Below are positions 57,283 through 64,000 of a DNA stretch of 64,000 nucleotides, piece after piece (the first letter of the stretch is position 1; every line of letters starts with the position of its first letter). The notes under the pieces were generated by a model. That model ran no database searches and had not been told where the DNA came from. It saw only the letters and a program-made list of their open reading frames with translations. A program made the translations under genes and the position numbers. Origin of the DNA: Mobula birostris (lineage: Eukaryota); NCBI RefSeq assembly GCF_030028105.1, contig NC_092380.1, positions 21,911,144-21,975,143 on the forward strand, given 5' to 3'.

Positions 57283-58706
57283 GTAGGTGCACCTCTACGT
57301 CTGACTCCGGGAGTGTGTGACAGGGCGGACTGGTGGGAACTTCACTCAAGGTCTGACCACAGGACGGTGTGACAGGGCAGTATGAAGGAAGCTTCACTCT
57401 GTATCTGACCACAAAGTTGTGAAGTGAGACTCGCTATATATCTGACCCCGGGAATGTGTGATGGGGGCTGGTGTTGAGGAAGCTTCACTCTGTGTGTGAC
57501 GGGACAGTGCGGATGGGACTTCACTTTGTTCACCACCTGCTTTTTTGAAAATTATTAACCTAACCTCTGAATTTGCTGAATGCTTACTCTTTCGTTTAAT
57601 GAAGTGGGAAAGGATGGGACTTGTTTTTCAGGGCATCAGCAGTTGGTTCCAAAATACCCTCCAAACTTTTGTCTGCTTAACTTCTAAATAACTTTCTAAT
57701 GTGGGAGTGACTCAGGATGACTTGTGCCAGTGAGTAGTCCTAACAGGAAGGCAATTAGGGGCGATTTCATGATTTTTATCAGCTGTTGTAAGTACTGAAT
57801 CCATTAGAATATGACGAAGTATATCAACACTTGCATCTTTGCTAATTAGTCCCGAAAGTGAGTTCCTGTTTGCTGATGAGGGACGTCTTTTTCAAATCCC
57901 AGGAATTTCTGGAATTAATCCCAGTAAGGATGAAGCGGGGGGGGGGGGGGGGTTGCGATTTAGTTGCGAGAGGGGGAGGGGACTCGCGCTGGGAGCAGTG
58001 GTATGGTGGGGCACTCCCCCTCTCCTACAGCCGTCCCTCCTCTAATCCGGCTCTTCCCTCCCTTGGGTCTCGGACAGGAATGACTGATTCAGAGGAAAGA
58101 TGCCACAGTGTGTTAGTAAATGAACGTCCTGTCGGAGTGTGCACAATTAACCTTGTCTCCCTCTCTCTCTCCTCCCCTTCTCCTTCCCTCCTTCCCCACC
58201 CCTTCTTCTCTCCAACCCTCTCATTCCCCTTCCCTTCTTCCTGTCCAACATCTTTCCTGTCTCTTCTCCACCTGTCTCCCTTCCTTCCCATTCCCTCCCT
58301 CATCCTTACCTCACCCTCTCCTCCACTCTTACTCCCATTCCTTCCCTCGTCCTTACCTCACCCTTGTCCTTACCTCACCCTCTCCTCCACCCTTACTCCC
58401 ATTCCCTCCCTCGTCCTTACCTCACCCTCGTCCTTACCTCACATTCTCCTCCACCATTACTCCCTTTCCCTCCCTCCTCATCCCCACTTTGTTCTCCATC
58501 TACACTCTTCGCATTCTTCCTTCCTCAAACCCCCCACTTTCTCCCCATCTCCTCCACCCCCTCCCTCCATGTTCTCCACCTCCTCTCTCCTTCTTCTTTC
58601 CCTTCCCTCTGCTCTCTCCCCTGCCCCTCCTCCCCCAATCCTCCTCTCATTTCCTCCCCTCTCCCTTCCCTACCGCCTCCCTCCCATTCCTCTTCCCACC
58701 AGCCGG

Positions 58707-59369
58707 ATGCAGCCCCCACCGCCGGCCGCTTTCCAGGTGGTGACCCTGCTGCTGGGCCTGCTGGGCGAGCTGGGGGTGCTGGCCTGCTGCGGCCTGCCGT
58801 TATGGCGGCGCACCGTGGCCTCCGGCCGGGGCCTGCTGCTACGTCAGTGGACGGTGGAGGGGCTCTGGGCCAGCTGTGTGCTGCCGAGCCCCGGCAAGGC
58901 CAACTGCCGGCAGATGTTGACAGCGCACGGCGGCGAAATCCCGCTCGACGTCTATGCCTCCCGCCTGCTCACCCTGACCTGCCTGCTGCTTGGCCTGCTC
59001 GCCCTGATCCTGCACTGCCTGGGCTCGGGCTGCCTCCGCTGGGGCCCATCGCCCGTCCATCGGCCTCGGCTGCTGGCAGCGACTGCCTTCCTCTACCTGG
59101 TGGCCTCCCTGTCCATGCTGCTGGCCGTCTCCTGGCCCGCCTTCCAGCTGGCCACTGATTACCAGCACCCGCTGCTCTCCGAGCAGCTGGAGGTGTCGCT
59201 GGGGCCCTGCATCTACCTGGGCTGGGCGAACGGTGGGGTGCTGCTGCTGGCCGGGATGCTGCTCGGCTGCTGGGGCTGCCGGGCCGGCGGGTCGGCTGCG
59301 GCAGCGAGCAGCCACGGAGGGAGGAAGGGAGGCAAGTGGAGTGACGATGCGGGGAGTAACTTCCTCTGA
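58707..59369 (+). CDS. Claudin family protein, divergent, single coding exon, 220 aa
   Basis: MQPPPPAAFQVVTLLLGLLG...LPLWR...EGLWASCV...ANC carries the W-GLW-C-C claudin signature; four hydrophobic segments and LGPCIYLGW before TM4. An acceptor ccaccAG lies at 58701-58702 just before the ATG. Confidence 0.9.
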   Translation: MQPPPPAAFQVVTLLLGLLGELGVLACCGLPLWRRTVASGRGLLLRQWTVEGLWASCVLPSPGKANCRQMLTAHGGEIPLDVYASRLLTLTCLLLGLLALILHCLGSGCLRWGPSPVHRPRLLAATAFLYLVASLSMLLAVSWPAFQLATDYQHPLLSEQLEVSLGPCIYLGWANGGVLLLAGMLLGCWGCRAGGSAAAASSHGGRKGGKWSDDAGSNFL

Positions 59370-59623
59370 AGGGGGGGTAGGGTGGTAATCAGCTGAGGGG
59401 AGTGGGGAGAGGACGGGGTTGGAGTGAGATGCAGGAAGGGCAAGGGGCGATAACCATTGAGGGAGAGAGAGGGTTAGGGGTCTGTGTGGGAGAGGGAGGG
59501 AGGGAGGGCGACTGGAGCGTGGATGGGGTAATAAATTAATCTGAGGGGGCAGAGGGAGGGAGCTCCACCGGTGAGGGAAGGTGGGGTCACCGAATACTTA
59601 CGGCTTCGACTGCGCGTTATAAC

Positions 59624-59633
59624 AATAAATAAA
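59624..59633 (+). terminator. Claudin polyadenylation signal(s)
   Basis: Overlapping AATAAATAAA at 59624-59633; another AATAAA at 59530-59535. Confidence 0.55.
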
Positions 59634-60037
59634 TCAACATTAACCCAGTATGTCCAACATCTCAGCTGCCTTCTCCAGTCCACTAACCCCTGGCATGAGA
59701 GAGAGGGAAGGTATAGGGATTGGGGTAGGGGAGGAGGGAAAGAGAGGGTGTAGGGAATGGGCGAGGAAGGGAAGGGGAGGTTGTAGGGGAGAGGAGGGGA
59801 AGGGGGGGTAGGAGGAGAGGAGGGGAAGGGGAGGAGGGAAATGGGGAGTATTGGGGATGGGAAGGGGAGGGGGAGGGGAAAGGGTGTAGGGAACAGGCGA
59901 GGAAGGGAAGTGGAGGATGTAAGGGGAGGAGGGAAATGAGAGGTGTTGGGGACAGGAAGGGGAGGGAAAGAGGGTGTGGGGAGGAGGGAAGGGGAGGGTG
60001 TAGAGGAGGTGGAGGAGAAAAGGGGGGGGGTGTAGGG

Positions 60038-60797
60038 CAGGTGTCCCCAACTTTTTTTGCACCGCAGACTGGTTTAATATTGACAATATTCTTGTGGACC
60101 AGTCGACTGGGGGGGAGGTGTGCAAGTAGGGTTAAACTCACCTCAACATGTCTTTTACAGTTAGGGTTGCCAACTTTCTCACTCCCAAATAAAGGACAAA
60201 ATTAGCAGTCAAATCCCGGGACACGTGTTTACCCCAGGAAAGACTACCATGACCATGAAGCCTTGCGCAGGCACCTGTGTGCACATGCGTGTATGTGCCG
60301 ATTTTTTTTCCCCACAAATCGGTTTCGGCTTAATCTTCCCGACTACACTGTACATACATTATTTCTACTTTATATAGGCTGTGTATTTATCATATCATTC
60401 CTGCTTTTACTATATGTTAGTGTTATTTTCAGCTTTATGTGTTATTTGGTAGGTTATTTTTTGGGTCTGGGCACGCTCAAAAATTTTTCCCATATAAATT
60501 AATGGTAATTGCTTCTTCGATTTACGCTATTTCGGCACGAAAGGTTTTACAGGAACGCACTACCTTAGCGGGGGAAATACGGGACAAGGGCGGTCCCATA
60601 TGGGACAATCCAATTTAGCCCAATATACGGGATGTCCCAACAAATATGGGACAGTTGGCGACCCCATGTTCAAGTTCAACAGGGTGTGACAGGGAATGAG
60701 GAAAGGTACAGCTGACTCATATCGTTTCCTCACAGCCTGGTAGCACATGCCTTGTGGGCCCTGTACCGGTCCGCAGCCCGGTGGTTGGGGACCACTG
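60038..60797. mobile_element. hAT (Charlie-like) composite MITE
   Basis: TIRs caggtgtccccaac / gttggggaccactg and perfect 8-bp TSD gtgtaggg (60030-60037 / 60798-60805). Confidence 0.88.
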
Positions 60798-62359
60798 GTG
60801 TAGGGGAGTGGTTGTAGGGAAGGGGAATGTGTAGTGGAGGGGAGGAGGGAAAGGGAGGGTGTAGGGGAGGTGGAGGAGGGAAGGGGAGTGTGTAGTGGAA
60901 GAGAGAGTGGAGGGGGAATGGGAAGAGGCGGTGTGGGGGAGGAGAGAGGGGTTGGAGAGGAGATCAAATGGACGGAACAGGTTGTTAGGCTGGAACATCC
61001 CAGTCTTGAAATGGGGATGCTCCCTCCCAAGGGGAAGCGATCCACCCTGGGAAATCGGGTCCAATCCCAGCCTCACTCCTCACCCTCCCACGCTCCATGC
61101 TCACTTCAAACAACGGGCGAACTGTGACCGATCTAGCTTTGTGGGTGATTCTCGGCTGGGAGAGTAGGGATGGGAGCTGGCAGCCCAGGACAGACACAGA
61201 AACAATGCAACGTAGACACCATCACAGACACGATGGGCCGGAAGGCCTGTTCCCCGGCCGTGGACTCACTGGTCTCTTTACGTACGCCGTGCGTGGAGAC
61301 TGGATTTTCGCTCAGACTCCAGGAGCGGCAGAATGTGTCTCGGGGAAATGCCTCGCCCTTTGGTCACGGGGAGTGAAGTGGGAGGGAGGCATGGAGGTTG
61401 CGGGATAAGGGGGATGGAGAGACGGAGGGGAGGGGAATGAAGGAGGAGAAGCGGCGAGGTGTATCAGGGCATTCGGGGTTAAAACTGGCTGCACGCTTCT
61501 CCTATGGAGTTGGGGGTGAAAATCCTGCTGGGACCCTGAGGTGCAGGAGAGGGGAGAGAAAAGTAGAAAGGGAGGGGGAGAGAGAGAGAATTTATGGGGT
61601 GGGAGGTAGGGAGGAAGGGCGAGGGGAAAGGTGATATATTTAAGGGGATTTTGAGGAGATAGGACTTGACTCGGGGTGGTGTAAGAGCGGAAGGGGCTAC
61701 CCGCAGGAACGGTAGTTGTCCCAGCAGGGTAACCAGAACACAACGAGATGGAATGTGAGACCGAGGTCTGTTGACAGCGGGATGGGGTGTGTTTTCAGGC
61801 GTTTCTATCTTCTGCCCGATGGGATGGGAGAGAATGCCCGATGTATGATGGGGAGAGAGACGCTTACTTACTTGAGGAAGGGGAGTGACTGAGAGAAAGC
61901 GACGGGAAGGTGCGGAGGGAATTTCCCTCAGCGTCTGACCTCAGGAGACTGTGATGGGATGGTGTTGAGGGAGCGTTTTTCCCCCCGGAAAAAAACAGAA
62001 ACAAATTTATTTCACCCCTCGCTCAGCAGTAGCGCCAGTGGAAAAGTCCCGCACATCGTGATCCCCGTCCTCAGCGCTCATTCCACCAGCCCGAGGTCCT
62101 CGGGGAGAACGCCGCCTTCCCGGCCACCTCGTCGGCCGATGGCCTCTGCGCAACCCTCGAGTGTGGCGTGCGGGGCTGCAGGTAGCATTTCAGGCCGCGG
62201 TGAATGACAGCGATCGGAAAAGGTCGTCATCGGAGCAAACGGCAGCATCTGGCCGTGTCCGTCCCGCGGTCGTAGGGTCTCGCCGGAGGAACACGCAGTG
62301 ATAGTGGAACAGGCGCAGCTGGTCCACGCGGAGCACATGTCAAGGAAGCAATTTAAAAA

Positions 62360-64000
62360 CTAAATGAAAATAAACTTTATTCAATAAAAAATATTTACAA
62401 AAATAAAATGTGCAATGTTTTGTTTTTCATTCTTGCGTCCATAGTCCAGAGTTCTATGACATTATTTCTTAAAATCTAATGGGATTGTTGCCATCACGTG
62501 CCCCCGCGGTGGCACACCACCATAACAGTTCAGGGGCTTCTTAATCCAACGTGCAACCCCATTCACCGCCTCTCCAGCGGAGAAGAACCCTAAACCGTGG
62601 TCCTTCCCCACCGGGCCCTGGCGGTGGCTGCACCGAGTTTCAGTGCGTCCCTCAGCACGTACTCCTGCAGCCGAGAGTGTGCCAGTCGGCAGCATTCTCC
62701 CACGGACATCTCCATGTGCTGGTAGATCATCAAGTTTCGGGCTGCCCAAAGAGCGTCTTTCACCGAGTTGATGATCTGCCAGCAGCACCGGATGTTGGTC
62801 TCCGTGTGCGTCCCCGGGAACAGCCCGTAGATCAGAGAGTCCTCTGTTACGCAGCTGCTGGGGATAAAACGTGACACTAGCCCGTCCATCCTCCTCCACA
62901 CCCTCTTTGCGAACTGGCAGTGTGCGAAGAGGTGGGTCACAGACTCCTCCTCACTGCAGTCCTCCCGTGGGCAGTGGGGTGCGGGGACGACATTCCGGGC
63001 GTACAGGAGGGCTCTGACTGGGAGGGCCCCTCTCACCGCCAGCCAGGCGAGGTCTTGGTGCCTGTTGGTGAGATCTGGCGATGAGGCATTTTGCCAGATG
63101 AACTGGACAGTCTGCTCAGGGAACCACCCCACTGTGTCCATCACGTCCTTCTCCTGCAGTGCCTGCAGGACACTTCGTGCCGACCACTGCCTGATGGCCC
63201 TGTGGTCAAAGGCGTTCTCCTGGAAGAACTTTGCTACGTGGGATAGGTATGCCGGCAACGACCAGCTGACTGGGGCGTTGCGCGGGAGTGGGGCCAGACC
63301 CATCCTTCGCAGCCAGGGCGACAAGTAGAACCTGGGCACATAGTGGTACTTGGTGCCCACATACCTGGGCTCTACACACAACCTGATGCAGCCACATACG
63401 AAGCTGGCCATCAGGGTGAGGGCGACATTGGGGACGTTCTTGCCCCTGTTGTCCAGGGACTTGTGCATGACGGTCCGTCTCACCCGCTCCATCTTGGATC
63501 CCCAGACGAATCTGAAGACAGCCCGGGTGATTTCCGAGCTGTAGGAGCGGGGGACGGGCCAGACCTGCGCCAAGTACAGCAGCCCTGAGAGCACCTCACA
63601 CCTGATGACCAGGTTCTTGCCCGTTATCGACAGGGAGTGCCCTCCCCACAGTCCCAGTTTCTGTTTCACCTTGGCAGTCCGCTCCTGCCAGTTCTTGTTG
63701 CACGCCTCAGCCCCTTCGAACCAGATCCCCAACACCTTCACGTGGTCAGACCTGATGGTGAAGTGGACGCTGGATCGGTCTGGCCAGTTGCCGAAGAGCA
63801 TGTCTTCGCTCTTCGTGTGGTTGACCCTGGCCCCCGACGCTAGCTCGAACTGTTCGCAGGTGCCAATCAACCTGCGAACTGACCTCGGATCAGAGCAGAA
63901 GACGGTGACGTCGTCCATGTACAGGGAGGTTTTCACTTGGGTCCCTCCACTGCCTGGCAGCGTCACCCCTCTTATGCCCCCATCCCTCCTGATGGCCTCC
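62360..64000 (-). mobile_element. Tx1-clade non-LTR retrotransposon (young copy, 5' part outside window)
   Basis: Intact ORF plus AT-rich 3' UTR ending gaataaagtttattttc on the minus strand. Confidence 0.9.
62590..63999 (-). CDS. Tx1/L1-clade retrotransposon ORF2, C-terminal part (end of RT plus CCHC zinc knuckle), open to window edge
   Basis: SLYMDDV RT motif, FELASGARVN..KS, CPREDC...ESVTHLFAHC; no stops over ~470 codons. Confidence 0.92.
   Translation of the reverse strand, partial: EAIRRDGGIRGVTLPGSGGTQVKTSLYMDDVTVFCSDPRSVRRLIGTCEQFELASGARVNHTKSEDMLFGNWPDRSSVHFTIRSDHVKVLGIWFEGAEACNKNWQERTAKVKQKLGLWGGHSLSITGKNLVIRCEVLSGLLYLAQVWPVPRSYSSEITRAVFRFVWGSKMERVRRTVMHKSLDNRGKNVPNVALTLMASFVCGCIRLCVEPRYVGTKYHYVPRFYLSPWLRRMGLAPLPRNAPVSWSLPAYLSHVAKFFQENAFDHRAIRQWSARSVLQALQEKDVMDTVGWFPEQTVQFIWQNASSPDLTNRHQDLAWLAVRGALPVRALLYARNVVPAPHCPREDCSEEESVTHLFAHCQFAKRVWRRMDGLVSRFIPSSCVTEDSLIYGLFPGTHTETNIRCCWQIINSVKDALWAARNLMIYQHMEMSVGECCRLAHSRLQEYVLRDALKLGAATARARWGRTTV

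Noticed and set aside
57858-58706. N-terminal 283 aa of the 503-aa ORF 57858-59369
   Set aside because: Pro/Ser/Leu low complexity from an intronic pyrimidine tract; the claudin begins at ATG 58707 after a splice acceptor.
62020-62340. Telomerase RNA or H/ACA RNA (ends ...gagcACAtgt on +)
   Set aside because: No CTAACCCT template upstream and no convincing ANANNA H box.

Overview
Eukaryotic, repeat-rich vertebrate DNA; the repeat repertoire (CR1, Rex1/Babar, Penelope, Tx1 and a 52-bp ggagtgtgtgatgggac... minisatellite) suggests a cartilaginous fish such as a ray, which is inference. Three host genes can be reconstructed by hand. (1) kremen2: minus strand, 9 coding exons, 15908->5138, 451 aa, with signal peptide, kringle, WSC, CUB, TM and tail. 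(2) pelota (pelo): minus strand, 13 coding exons, 51041->21436, 385 aa, all GT-AG and phase-consistent, unlike the two-coding-exon mammalian PELO nested in ITGA1. (3) A divergent claudin with a single coding exon: plus strand, 58707-59369. The rest is TE debris and simple repeats: CR1 and Rex/Babar LINE fragments, an uninterrupted Tx1 ORF2 running off the right edge, a dead Tc1 with a nested MITE, Harbinger and hAT MITEs with TSDs, a solo LTR, three tRNA-derived SINEs, several minisatellites and very long purine/pyrimidine tracts. Several Penelope pseudo-LTR copies carry decayed minimal hammerhead-ribozyme motifs, and one Penelope insert forms a ~410-bp near-perfect palindrome broken at the predicted cleavage site. 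Most ORFs in the supplied track are low-complexity or repeat artefacts. Coordinates were read by eye, and repeat boundaries are approximate unless a TSD/TIR is quoted.
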